Positions 26,273 to 34,357 of a DNA stretch of 64,000 nt are shown here, in pieces. The notes beneath the pieces were generated by a model. The model was given only the letters and a program-made list of their open reading frames with translations. It had not been told where the DNA came from and ran no database searches. A program made the position numbers and the translations under genes. The stretch is taken from contig JBEIDK010000002.1 in assembly GCA_040383485.1 (NCBI GenBank), positions 7,766 to 71,765 on the forward strand. The letters are read 5' to 3'. The stretch's first letter is position 1. The number at the start of each line of letters is the position of its first letter. This stretch comes from Flavobacteriales bacterium (GTDB taxonomy: Bacteria > Bacteroidota > Bacteroidia > UBA4408).

Positions 26273-27664
26273 ATGACAATAAAAAATATTTGCTGTATAG
26301 GTGCAGGGTATGTAGGTGGACCTACTATGGCGGTTATTGCTCAAAAATGCCCACATATTAAAGTTACAGTTGTTGATGTTAATGAATCTCGAATTAATGA
26401 TTGGAACAGCCCAAATGATGATGATTTGCCAATTTATGAGCCAGGTTTAGCAGCAGTGGTTAAAGAAGCTAGAGGAAGAAATTTATTTTTTTCCACCAAT
26501 GTAGAGCAAGCTATTGAAGAGGCTGAAATGATTTTTATTTCAGTAAATACGCCAACTAAAACCTACGGAGAAGGAAAAGGAATGGCTGCTGATTTAAAAT
26601 ATATTGAACTATGTGCTCGCCAAATTGCAAAAGTGGCAAAAACCGATAAAATTGTTGTAGAAAAATCAACATTACCCGTTAGAACAGCTAGTGCTATAAA
26701 AGAAATTTTAACCAATACAGGTAACGGAGTACAATACCAAATATTATCAAATCCTGAATTTTTAGCGGAAGGAACTGCAATAGCAGATCTATTTAATCCT
26801 GATCGTGTATTAATTGGGGGCGATACCTCTCCAGAAGGTCAGAAAGCAATACAGGCTTTAGTTGATATTTATTTAAATTGGGTGCCAAACGATAAAATTT
26901 TAACCACAAATTTATGGTCTTCCGAATTATCAAAATTAACAGCAAATGCTTTTTTAGCACAGCGTGTTTCTTCTATTAATGCGTTAAGTGAATTATGTGA
27001 AAAAACGGGTGCAAACGTCAATGAAGTTGCACAAGCTATTGGATTAGATAGTAGAATTGGGCCAAAGTTTTTAAAAGCTTCTGTTGGGTTTGGCGGTTCA
27101 TGTTTTCAAAAAGACATACTCAATTTGGTTTATATTGCTAAATCTTATGGACTTCACGAAGTAGCAAACTATTGGGAACAAGTAATTATCATGAACGACC
27201 ACCAAAAAAGACGATTTGCTAAAAACATCAGTACTACCTTGTACAATACAGTGGCAGGAAAGAAAATTGCTTTTTTGGGTTGGGCTTTTAAAAAGGACAC
27301 AAACGATACTCGTGAATCAGCAGCCATATATGTAGCCGATGATTTATTAAACGAACAAGCTACCATTTCAGTATTTGATCCCAAGGTAAAAGTAGCACAA
27401 ATGTGGTTAGATTTGGATTATTTAGCAACTCGTTCTCCTCAAGAAAATCAAAAGCAACTCCAAGCATATGAAAATCCGTATGAAGCTTGTAAAGAAGCTC
27501 ACGCGATTGCTGTTTTAACCGAATGGGATGAATTCAAATCCTATGATTGGCAAAAAATTTATGAGCATATGCTAAAACCTGCTTTTGTGTTTGATGGCCG
27601 AAATATTTTAGATAGAGATACACTAGAGAAAATCGGATTTGTGTATAAATCGATAGGAAATTAA
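26273..27664 (+). CDS. ugd: UDP-glucose 6-dehydrogenase (long, eukaryote-like type)
   Basis: 463 aa. Contains GAGYVGGPT (NAD binding), the catalytic region [10 protein letters not shown], and [12 protein letters not shown]. Confidence 0.9.
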   Translation: MTIKNICCIGAGYVGGPTMAVIAQKCPHIKVTVVDVNESRINDWNSPNDDDLPIYEPGLAAVVKEARGRNLFFSTNVEQAIEEAEMIFISVNTPTKTYGEGKGMAADLKYIELCARQIAKVAKTDKIVVEKSTLPVRTASAIKEILTNTGNGVQYQILSNPEFLAEGTAIADLFNPDRVLIGGDTSPEGQKAIQALVDIYLNWVPNDKILTTNLWSSELSKLTANAFLAQRVSSINALSELCEKTGANVNEVAQAIGLDSRIGPKFLKASVGFGGSCFQKDILNLVYIAKSYGLHEVANYWEQVIIMNDHQKRRFAKNISTTLYNTVAGKKIAFLGWAFKKDTNDTRESAAIYVADDLLNEQATISVFDPKVKVAQMWLDLDYLATRSPQENQKQLQAYENPYEACKEAHAIAVLTEWDEFKSYDWQKIYEHMLKPAFVFDGRNILDRDTLEKIGFVYKSIGN

Positions 27665-27672
27665 CTTCAATT

Positions 27673-27703
27673 AAAAAGCCTGTATAATTTATACAGGCTT
27701 TTT
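27673..27703. terminator. bidirectional rho-independent terminator between convergent ugd and the wza-like gene
   Basis: Perfect 14-bp stem: AAAAAGCCTGTATA / TATACAGGCTTTTT with a 3-nt loop. A/T runs flank both sides. Confidence 0.8.
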
Positions 27704-27733
27704 AATTTCACTTAGTAGTAGAAAAGCTATACT

Positions 27734-30025
27734 TTATCTAAAAACAGCTAATAATACGCCAGCTAAACTGGTTAAAACACTAGCAATTCCAACAATTTCT
27801 CCCGTACTTGTTTTTTGTCTTTCTGGCCTTTCTGGCACAATAATCTCACTACCAGGTAACACTTTTGGATAACTTCTAAATCCTAAAAACGAACCACTAG
27901 TACTTGCTGAACCGTTGGCGTGCACAACATACACTTTTTTCAGCCAACCTTTATCATTTGCGCCTCCTGAATTTTTTAAATAGTATTTTAGTCCTTTTCC
28001 TTTTTTATAAGGTACTTCAGTTGAAAACATTACATTACCAGAAACAATTACTGTCAATTTCTTTTTAGGAATACTAATTGAATCATTAGGTTCTAAAAAC
28101 AAGTTTCGTGTACTTTTTGGTTGTTTTGAAATAGCGTTCCAATCAATCGGAATATTTAATTTATTTCGAACCACTCTAATAGCGTTAGAATCTGCTTCAT
28201 CAGTTAATCCGCCAGCTCGTGTAATAAAATCTAAAACACGCTCTTCTTTTTTAACAATAGCATAAGCGCCAGGATATAAAACTTCTCCAGCAAGTGTTAC
28301 CATTTGTGGGGTTTCAAAAGTCACGATACGTCTAACCACAACATGGTCCTGGGCTTCTAAAACAAAACTAGCGGCTTGTTCTGGATTTCTAGGATCGATA
28401 TTCAAATTAAATGAAACTATTTTTTCCGTATCATTAGGGTTAAAAACAGTATCTTTTTTATTTCTAAAAACGGTAACATTACTCGCTGCCTTATCCGTAA
28501 AATATTCGGCTTCAAGTAATAAATCATAAAGCGTCATGCCGTTTGCGTAATTATAAGTTCCGGGTTTACGTACCTCTCCATCAATGGATATGTTATAGGT
28601 GTCAAGAAGTTCTTGATTATAAAAAATGAGTAGCACATCTTCTTTTTGCAAAACGAGATTAGCGGAAGCATCACCATTTAATACCTCTTGTAAATTGATG
28701 TTCAGGTATTCTTTGGTAAAATCTTCTTTTTGTCGAATAAGAGAGGCTTTCTTTACATACACATTTTCTTTTAATCCATCTGCTTTAGCAATCAAATCTT
28801 TGATGGTCATGGTGCCGTTAGCAGGAAGACTATACTCTCCCGGACGATATACCGCTCCTTTTATTTGTACTCGATTTTCATAACGATCTAATATTTTGTC
28901 AATACTAATTAAATCGCCCGCTTTAGGCATATAATTGGCAAATGTTTTTTCGTTTAAATCGGTTACCTTTAATTCATTGGTGGTTTTTTGTTTCACCAAA
29001 ATTCTATTTTTATAAGCATTATCAGTAAATCCTGAAGCATACGTGATAATTTGTTGCAAATTTTCACCTGCAACCGTTTCATAAATTCCAGGTCTTTTGA
29101 TTTCCCCTTCAAGGGTAATTCTAGCATCATAACTAGGAATTCGAATCACATCATTATCGGTTAATGAAATATTATCGCTTTGGTCACCTTTGGTTAAAAA
29201 ACGATATAAATCGATAGTTCTAATTACTTTGCTATTGCGAATTAATTCTATTTTTCGATAACTACCAATGTCGCTTGGTCCACCCGCTACATGTAACGCA
29301 TTATAAACGGTACTCATGGCACTCAAACGATAGTTGCCTGATTGTTGTGCACCAATAATAGTTACTAAAATTGTACGATAATTGGAAACGCTGACCGAAA
29401 TTTTACTGCTTCCTGAAGCCACCGTTGAATAAATTCTTCCAATTTGTTTCTGTAGTTTACTTTTAGCGCCTTCAAACGGTAATCCACTTACCGTAACTTC
29501 TCCCACATTTGGGATATTTAAACTACCATTTTTAGAAATTACTCCTGAAAAATTGAATTGTTGTATTCCATAAATATTGACTTCAACTTCATCGCCAGGA
29601 CCTAAAATATAGTTAGAAGGCGTAGGCATATTTTGGTTGGGTTCAAAGGATAAATTTTTAGAACGAAACAATTCAGAACCAAATATTTTTAAAGTGTCAT
29701 TTTTAACGAGTACTATATCTTTTTCTATGGGTTTAACGACTTCTTTTTTTTTCTTTTTATCTGAAGTAACATTTAGATTAATAGTTTCTATTCTTGATTT
29801 TAAAAGCGCGAATTCAGATGCCGACATCCCTTTTGCAAGGGCTAAAGGTTCAGCTTGCTCTAGAGTCATTTGATTGGCTTTGAGTTCTTTTCCAATTTGG
29901 GCTATTTCGACATCAGAAAATTGAGCTGCTTTGACTTGACTCAAATCCTTACCTTTTAAAAATTCTTGTCCAAATGATACTGTAGCAAATAGACTAAAAA
30001 TACAAACTAATAAAATACGCTTCAT
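27734..30025 (-). CDS. polysaccharide export outer-membrane protein (Wza/OPX family, long Bacteroidota form with multiple SLBB domains)
   Basis: Track ORF is 27734..30136. Start moved to the ATG at 30025 (MKRILLVCIFSLFATVSFGQ signal peptide). Poly_export motif (YILGPGDEVEVNIYG), repeated SLBB-like segments (V.I.G.V..PG.Y) and a C-terminal TM helix. Confidence 0.85.
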   Translation of the reverse strand: MKRILLVCIFSLFATVSFGQEFLKGKDLSQVKAAQFSDVEIAQIGKELKANQMTLEQAEPLALAKGMSASEFALLKSRIETINLNVTSDKKKKKEVVKPIEKDIVLVKNDTLKIFGSELFRSKNLSFEPNQNMPTPSNYILGPGDEVEVNIYGIQQFNFSGVISKNGSLNIPNVGEVTVSGLPFEGAKSKLQKQIGRIYSTVASGSSKISVSVSNYRTILVTIIGAQQSGNYRLSAMSTVYNALHVAGGPSDIGSYRKIELIRNSKVIRTIDLYRFLTKGDQSDNISLTDNDVIRIPSYDARITLEGEIKRPGIYETVAGENLQQIITYASGFTDNAYKNRILVKQKTTNELKVTDLNEKTFANYMPKAGDLISIDKILDRYENRVQIKGAVYRPGEYSLPANGTMTIKDLIAKADGLKENVYVKKASLIRQKEDFTKEYLNINLQEVLNGDASANLVLQKEDVLLIFYNQELLDTYNISIDGEVRKPGTYNYANGMTLYDLLLEAEYFTDKAASNVTVFRNKKDTVFNPNDTEKIVSFNLNIDPRNPEQAASFVLEAQDHVVVRRIVTFETPQMVTLAGEVLYPGAYAIVKKEERVLDFITRAGGLTDEADSNAIRVVRNKLNIPIDWNAISKQPKSTRNLFLEPNDSISIPKKKLTVIVSGNVMFSTEVPYKKGKGLKYYLKNSGGANDKGWLKKVYVVHANGSASTSGSFLGFRSYPKVLPGSEIIVPERPERQKTSTGEIVGIASVLTSLAGVLLAVFR

Positions 30026-30052
30026 GTGTTGAGTAATAATAATTTTGTGCTG

Positions 30053-30060
30053 CAAATATA
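30053..30060 (-). promoter_or_regulatory. candidate -7 box TATATTTG for the wza-like gene
   Basis: The plus strand reads caaatata, which is TATATTTG on the minus strand. It lies ~27 nt upstream of the ATG at 30025. Confidence 0.45.
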
Positions 30061-30160
30061 CTAAAAAGTTCTGAAGGTCAAACACAGTATTCTGAATCCG
30101 TTTTTTACATCTTCTGGGTGATAAATAGTTTCTCAACGGAAAATATTTCGGTTAATAAAG

Positions 30161-30168
30161 TATATTTG
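30161..30168 (+). promoter_or_regulatory. candidate -7 box TATATTTG for upxY
   Basis: TAnnTTTG match ending 4 nt before the ATG at 30173. It sits back-to-back with the wza box in a 147-nt divergent region. Confidence 0.45.
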
Positions 30169-30172
30169 CAAC

Positions 30173-30631
30173 ATGAACTGGTATGCTATTTACACCAAAC
30201 CTCGAAACGAAAAAAAAGTTGCCGATAAATTAGAAGCTATTGGCATTGAGTCCTATTGCCCAATGATTACGGCGGTAAAACAATGGAGCGATAGAAAGAA
30301 AAAAGTAACTTCGCCCGTATTGCCTTCTTATGTGTTTGTGAAACTTACCGAATCTAGACGGAATGAAGTTTTTGTAATACCGGGTGTGGTGCGCTATGTT
30401 TTTTGGCTTGGAAAACCTGCAATTATTAGAGAGGAAGAACTTGAGATGTTAAAAGACTATCTCGCGCAAGATTATACTTCGGTAGTACAAACAGCTTTGC
30501 AACGAGGTGATAAACTAACCATTCCCTCAGGACCTTTCAAAGGGCAAGAAGGGGTGATAAAAAGTGTTACAAATTCTAAAGTCCAATTGGTTTTAGAATC
30601 GTTAGGGATTTTACTCACTTTGGAAAAATAG
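30173..30631 (+). CDS. UpxY-family transcription antiterminator (NusG paralogue)
   Basis: 152 aa. NGN domain (NWYAIYTKPRNEKKVADKL...VLPSYVFVK) and a KOW-like C-terminus (GDKLTIPSGPFKGQEGVI). Confidence 0.85.
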   Translation: MNWYAIYTKPRNEKKVADKLEAIGIESYCPMITAVKQWSDRKKKVTSPVLPSYVFVKLTESRRNEVFVIPGVVRYVFWLGKPAIIREEELEMLKDYLAQDYTSVVQTALQRGDKLTIPSGPFKGQEGVIKSVTNSKVQLVLESLGILLTLEK

Positions 30632-30652
30632 ACTACTTTAGAGCGTATTTGA

Positions 30653-31573
30653 TTAAAAGATATTTCGATATACTAATGGTCTTCTGCCTTGATTTACAGC
30701 AGAAATTTCAAACAATGCTTTTTCATAATAATCTCTTAAATGGAGTGGCTCAATTATTTTTATGTTATACATCCATTGAAATAGCCAACCAATCAATTCT
30801 CTATTGATGCCACATTGAAGCGTTAAGATTGTTTTACCTCTTTTTTTGCTGAAGTGTTGCGTGGGATGCCAAAAGTGATTCTCAAGGAAATCGGATAACA
30901 CGTTGGCAATTTCAATTTTGATGGTGTAAATTTCAGCATTGATGTTTTTAGTAATCCCAAATCGTGAATGTAACTCTTGCCCTAACTGGGCTTGATACAA
31001 ATCGGGTGAACATTTTTCTGCAAGCGTCTTTAGCTTATCAAGCTGCCGAATACTATAAAAAACAATACTATTTTCTTTCTTATTAAATCCACCAATAAAA
31101 AAACTATTCCGGTGTTTAATAATTCGTACAGGAATAATTTTAATGTGTTTGGTAGAAAAGGAATAATTATCTCCAGTTTCATCATTTTTAAGTTTTCCAA
31201 TTTGAATAACATGTCCAGTTTGTATCGCGTTTTGGATGAGTTCCAAGTGTGCTTCATCTGCGGCGTTACATTTTGGAGTATAGAATTGTGTAGGGAATGG
31301 GCTAGTATATGTATTTTTTTCTTCTTTTGGAAGTGATGGTTTTCTATTGATATGGAAGTATTTTATTTTTCCTATAAACTGAGAGTTTATAAATTCATCA
31401 ACTTGTAAAAAAAGAAGAACATCTTCTAAATCTCTTTGAATTTGTCGTTTACTTTTAAACACTTCCATTTGCATATAGTATTCTTGTATTTCTTTTAATG
31501 AAACCAAATTTTGCAGTAATAACTTGTGTAAAAAATGTAATCGATTGACTTTATTTTTTATTTGTTGTGTCAT
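30653..31573 (-). CDS. wHTH - WYL-like - WCX-like transcriptional regulator (PafBC/BrxR/CapW-type architecture)
   Basis: 306 aa. N-terminal DeoR-like HTH (VSLKEIQEYYMQMEVFKSKRQIQRDLEDV), a central WYL-like beta segment (IIKHRNSFFIGGFNKKENSIVFYSIRQLDKL) and a C-terminal segment (HFWHPTQHF...ILTLQCGINRELIGWLFQWMYNIKIIEPLHLRD). The call is by motif pattern only. Confidence 0.5.
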   Translation of the reverse strand: MTQQIKNKVNRLHFLHKLLLQNLVSLKEIQEYYMQMEVFKSKRQIQRDLEDVLLFLQVDEFINSQFIGKIKYFHINRKPSLPKEEKNTYTSPFPTQFYTPKCNAADEAHLELIQNAIQTGHVIQIGKLKNDETGDNYSFSTKHIKIIPVRIIKHRNSFFIGGFNKKENSIVFYSIRQLDKLKTLAEKCSPDLYQAQLGQELHSRFGITKNINAEIYTIKIEIANVLSDFLENHFWHPTQHFSKKRGKTILTLQCGINRELIGWLFQWMYNIKIIEPLHLRDYYEKALFEISAVNQGRRPLVYRNIF

Positions 31574-31591
31574 ATTTTGTCGTTAATATTG

Positions 31592-31599
31592 CAAATATA
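31592..31599 (-). promoter_or_regulatory. candidate -7 box TATATTTG for the WYL-like regulator
   Basis: The plus strand reads caaatata, ~18 nt upstream of the ATG at 31573. Confidence 0.45.
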
Positions 31600-31752
31600 G
31601 ATTTATTTATTTAGAATTTTTAATTCTATTTAATTCTATAAATTTCTGATATACATATTGTTGATTAAATGATTTGCTTTAATTATTATTAATACTTCGA
31701 CAATAAGTGAAATTGAACCAACTAGAACTTGTTTGAAATGAAAAATTGGATG

Positions 31753-31760
31753 TATTTTTG
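31753..31760 (+). promoter_or_regulatory. candidate -7 box TATTTTTG
   Basis: TAnnTTTG match 45 nt upstream of the ATG at 31806. Confidence 0.35.
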
Positions 31761-31805
31761 TAGGAAGTTTCAGATTAATTTAGAGGATTATAAGTGATTT
31801 AGACA

Positions 31806-32075
31806 ATGAATTCAGAAGAAATATATATATTGTTTCAGGAGTTTATTCCGAAAGAAGAATGGAAATTCATCAAAAAAGCAACGATTAAATTTAATGATAT
31901 TGCCTTTTTGAAATGGATTAGTTTAGGTAATAAAAATATCTACCGCCGTTACTACATAAAAGTCACTTTTAAAGATGAAAAGGTGAAACATATTTCAATT
32001 TCTCAATCAACTAAAGACCAATTAAAACAAAACATCAAACCTTTTAATCAATATTTGAAGGAAAGAGATTTATAA
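31806..32075 (+). CDS. hypothetical small protein (89 aa)
   Basis: ORF with an upstream -7-like box. Lys-rich with no recognisable motif. Coding status is unverified. Confidence 0.4.
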   Translation: MNSEEIYILFQEFIPKEEWKFIKKATIKFNDIAFLKWISLGNKNIYRRYYIKVTFKDEKVKHISISQSTKDQLKQNIKPFNQYLKERDL

Positions 32076-32126
32076 TTGTTTTTTCTATATTCTAATAAAA
32101 AAAATTTGAAAATAAAAAAATAAGAG

Positions 32127-32134
32127 TACTTTTG
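32127..32134 (+). promoter_or_regulatory. candidate -7 box TACTTTTG
   Basis: TAnnTTTG match 19 nt upstream of the ATG at 32154. Confidence 0.4.
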
Positions 32135-32153
32135 TTATTCAATACAATATAGA

Positions 32154-32660
32154 ATGCTTTCTAATTTAATTACCTCAAAAACCAGATTACGCTTATTAGT
32201 GAAGTTTTTCATTAATACCGCAAATGATGGATATTTAAGAGGATTAGCAACTGAAATGCACGAAAACACCAATGCCATCCGCAAAGAACTAAACAATTTG
32301 TCAGATGCAGGGTTTATCATACGAAAGGAACAAGAATCAAAAGTTATTTACAAAGCAAACAAACAACACCCTTTTTTTTCATTATTGCAACAAATTGTGA
32401 GAAAACACATTGGGTTAGACGATATTATTGAATCAATTGTAGATAGAATTGGTTCAATCAGCCGTGTTTATTTAATTGGTGATTACGCAAAAGGGATCGA
32501 TTCCGGCCAAATAGAAGTTGTTCTTGAAGGTGACGTAGTTGATCAATTGTACTTAGCGCAATTGAAACCAAAAATCGAAAAAGAAATCCAAAAAACCATC
32601 ACGTTTCATATTACTAAGTATTATGAAGGCGACGGTGTTTTGGTTTTTCAACAAGAATAA
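32154..32660 (+). CDS. winged-helix (ArsR-like) regulator fused to a degenerate nucleotidyltransferase-like domain
   Basis: 168 aa. The N-terminal wHTH reads TSKTRLRLLVKFFINTANDGYLRGLATEMHENTNAIRKELNNLSDAGFI. The C-terminal VYLIGDYAKGIDSGQIEVVL resembles a minimal NTase strand-turn but lacks the GS/DxD catalytic residues. Confidence 0.5.
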   Translation: MLSNLITSKTRLRLLVKFFINTANDGYLRGLATEMHENTNAIRKELNNLSDAGFIIRKEQESKVIYKANKQHPFFSLLQQIVRKHIGLDDIIESIVDRIGSISRVYLIGDYAKGIDSGQIEVVLEGDVVDQLYLAQLKPKIEKEIQKTITFHITKYYEGDGVLVFQQE

Positions 32661-32730
32661 ATAAACCAAATAGGTTTATAAATTAAATATAGTTAGCCAA
32701 ATAATGGGACTGACCAGGCGAAGCCGTGGA

Positions 32731-32818
32731 GTTAATGAGTCAATTAGTCAATGTGCCAATTAGCCGATGAGTCAATTAGTCAATTAGTTAATGTGTCAAT
32801 TAGCCAATTTGAAGATTT
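32731..32818 (+). repeat. octamer array, ~11 units of G(T/C)CAAT(T/G)(A/T)
   Basis: Units: gttaatga gtcaatta gtcaatgt gccaatta gccgatga gtcaatta gtcaatta gttaatgt gtcaatta gccaattt gaagattt. The period is exactly 8 nt. Confidence 0.9.
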
Positions 32819-32912
32819 GATATCAAATCCTTAGTGAAACTCTGTGAAACAAAAAAAGTGATAAGTTTAAACTTTAAACCTGACCCGAGGCGAAGCTAAA
32901 AAGTTCGAAGCA

Positions 32913-32965
32913 AAACCTAAAACCTGAAACCTGAAACCTGAAACTTGAAACCTGAAACTTGAAAC
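32913..32965 (+). repeat. heptamer tract, 7.5 units of AAAC(C/T)TG, running into the start codon of the next gene
   Basis: Units: AAACCTA AAACCTG x3 AAACTTG AAACCTG AAACTTG AAAC. The TTG of the last full unit (32959) is the only available start for the dehydrogenase ORF. Confidence 0.9.
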
Positions 32966-34236
32966 AAAAAACAAACATAATACTATCCGTAACCGGACTT
33001 GGCTATGTAGGACTACCCTTAGCACTAGAATTTGCTAAGAAATACAAAGTCATTGGTTTTGATATCAACGAAGCTCGGATTGCACTGATGAAGCAAGGTA
33101 TTGATCCTTCTCAAGAATTAGGTTCGGAAGCTTTTGATAATGCCAATATCACGTTTACTTCGGTAGTTGAACCTTTGACGGAGGCCAATTTTCACATTAT
33201 TGGGGTTCCAACCGATATTGATAAAAACAAAGTACCCAATTTAAAACCGTTAATAAGCGCCTCAAAGAGCATCGGTAAAATACTAAAAAAGGGAGATATC
33301 GTTGTATATGAATCAACCGTTTATCCGGGTTGTACCGAAGAAGATTGCATACCTGTTTTAGAAAAATATAGTGGATTAATTGCTGGGGTTGATTTTCAAT
33401 TCGGTTACAGTCCAGAGCGCATTGTGCCTGGCGATAAAGTAAAAACGGTTAGTAAAATATTAAAAATTGTTTCTGGAAACAGTGCCGAAGCTTTGGAACA
33501 CATTTCGGAAGTATACGGCTCTATTATTGAAGCAGGTTTACACAAAGCACCTTCCATCAAAGTTGCAGAAGCTGCTAAAGTGATTGAAAATACGCAACGC
33601 GACATCAATATTTCGTTAATGAATGAATTGGCGATTATTTTTGATAAAATGGATATTGATACCCAAGCGGTTTTGGAAGCTGCCGGAACCAAATGGAATT
33701 TTCACAAATACCAACCCGGTTTAGTGGGCGGCCACTGTATTAGTGTCGATCCGTTTTACTTAATGCACAAAGCGAAAAAATTGGGAATCGACCCGCAAGT
33801 CATTGCTGCTGGAAGACGCGTAAATGATTTTATTCCCACGTTTATTGCTAAAAAAGTCGTTCAAACATTGATCGAGCAAGATAAAAATCCAGGAAAATCC
33901 CGCGTGTTGGTGATGGGAGTTACCTTTAAAGAAGAAGTATCCGACATTCGAAATTCTAAAGTAATCGATTTGATAAAGGAACTAAAAGACTATTCTGTTG
34001 CAGTCGATGTCATTGATCCTAATGCAGACCCATTAGAACTGAAACAACATTATAATATTAATCTTTCACCCAACCCAACAGGGAAATACGACAGTATTGT
34101 TGTAGCAGTAGGACATCAAGCGTATCGCAACATGACACCATTAGAAATCGAAAAATTATCAAACGGCTCAGTATATCTATTCGACATCAAAGGCGTCCTA
34201 AATAAAAAAGACTTCAAAAATTATTGGAGATTGTAG
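32959..34236 (+). CDS. nucleotide-sugar (UDP-N-acetyl-hexosamine) dehydrogenase, TviB/WbpO/CapL family
   Basis: 425 aa. Contains GLGYVGLPLA (NAD binding), YSPERIVPGD and the catalytic GGHCISVDP. The start must be TTG 32959, because an in-frame TGA lies at 32953 and there is no ATG before the Rossmann motif. Confidence 0.85.
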   Translation: MKQKTNIILSVTGLGYVGLPLALEFAKKYKVIGFDINEARIALMKQGIDPSQELGSEAFDNANITFTSVVEPLTEANFHIIGVPTDIDKNKVPNLKPLISASKSIGKILKKGDIVVYESTVYPGCTEEDCIPVLEKYSGLIAGVDFQFGYSPERIVPGDKVKTVSKILKIVSGNSAEALEHISEVYGSIIEAGLHKAPSIKVAEAAKVIENTQRDINISLMNELAIIFDKMDIDTQAVLEAAGTKWNFHKYQPGLVGGHCISVDPFYLMHKAKKLGIDPQVIAAGRRVNDFIPTFIAKKVVQTLIEQDKNPGKSRVLVMGVTFKEEVSDIRNSKVIDLIKELKDYSVAVDVIDPNADPLELKQHYNINLSPNPTGKYDSIVVAVGHQAYRNMTPLEIEKLSNGSVYLFDIKGVLNKKDFKNYWRL

Positions 34237-34283
34237 GCAATGTGTCAATTAGCCAATTAGCCGATGAGTCAATTTGAAAATTT
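34236..34283 (+). repeat. octamer array (6 units) starting on the stop codon
   Basis: Units: ggcaatgt gtcaatta gccaatta gccgatga gtcaattt gaaaattt. The first G is the last base of the TAG stop (34234-36). Confidence 0.85.
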
Positions 34284-34326
34284 GTTATTCAATAGTATAA
34301 AAAACAAACCACAATAAATAAAAACC

Positions 34327-34352
34327 TTGGCGCCCTTGCGTCTTAGCGGCAA
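34327..34352 (+). promoter_or_regulatory. GC-rich conserved box / potential stem-loop 6 nt upstream of the wzz ATG
   Basis: TTGGCGCCCTTGCGTCTTAGCGGCAA. A near-identical box lies at 50327..50351 before rmlD. The ends (TTGxCGC / GCGGCAA) are complementary. Confidence 0.45.
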
Positions 34353-34357
34353 TACAT

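Noticed and set aside
30026-30136. N-terminal extensions suggested by the ORF track: wza to 30136, cytidylyltransferase from 36233, rmlD from 50327, KASIII-2 from 44438, symporter to 1562, DUF3575-like to 54891, adhesin to 22715.
   Set aside because: In each case an internal ATG gives a canonical N-terminus: a signal peptide, Rossmann motif or HxGH motif. The extension either translates repeat or promoter sequence, or starts at a non-ATG codon inside a conserved non-coding box.
30653-32660. The regulator block between upxY and the biosynthetic genes as a mobile genetic island or toxin-antitoxin/defence module.
   Set aside because: No integrase, transposase, flanking direct repeats, tRNA target, HEPN partner or nuclease-like gene was recognised. 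The NTase-like domain lacks catalytic residues. Only the regulatory interpretation is kept.
32913-32965. The heptamer tract as a classic slipped-strand ON/OFF switch that shifts the reading frame.
   Set aside because: The tract lies upstream of the start codon, and only the last unit contributes the TTG. Gain or loss of a unit therefore cannot frameshift the ORF. The units are also interrupted by C/T variants, which lowers slippage. Only a quantitative leader-length effect remains plausible, and that is reported as a finding.
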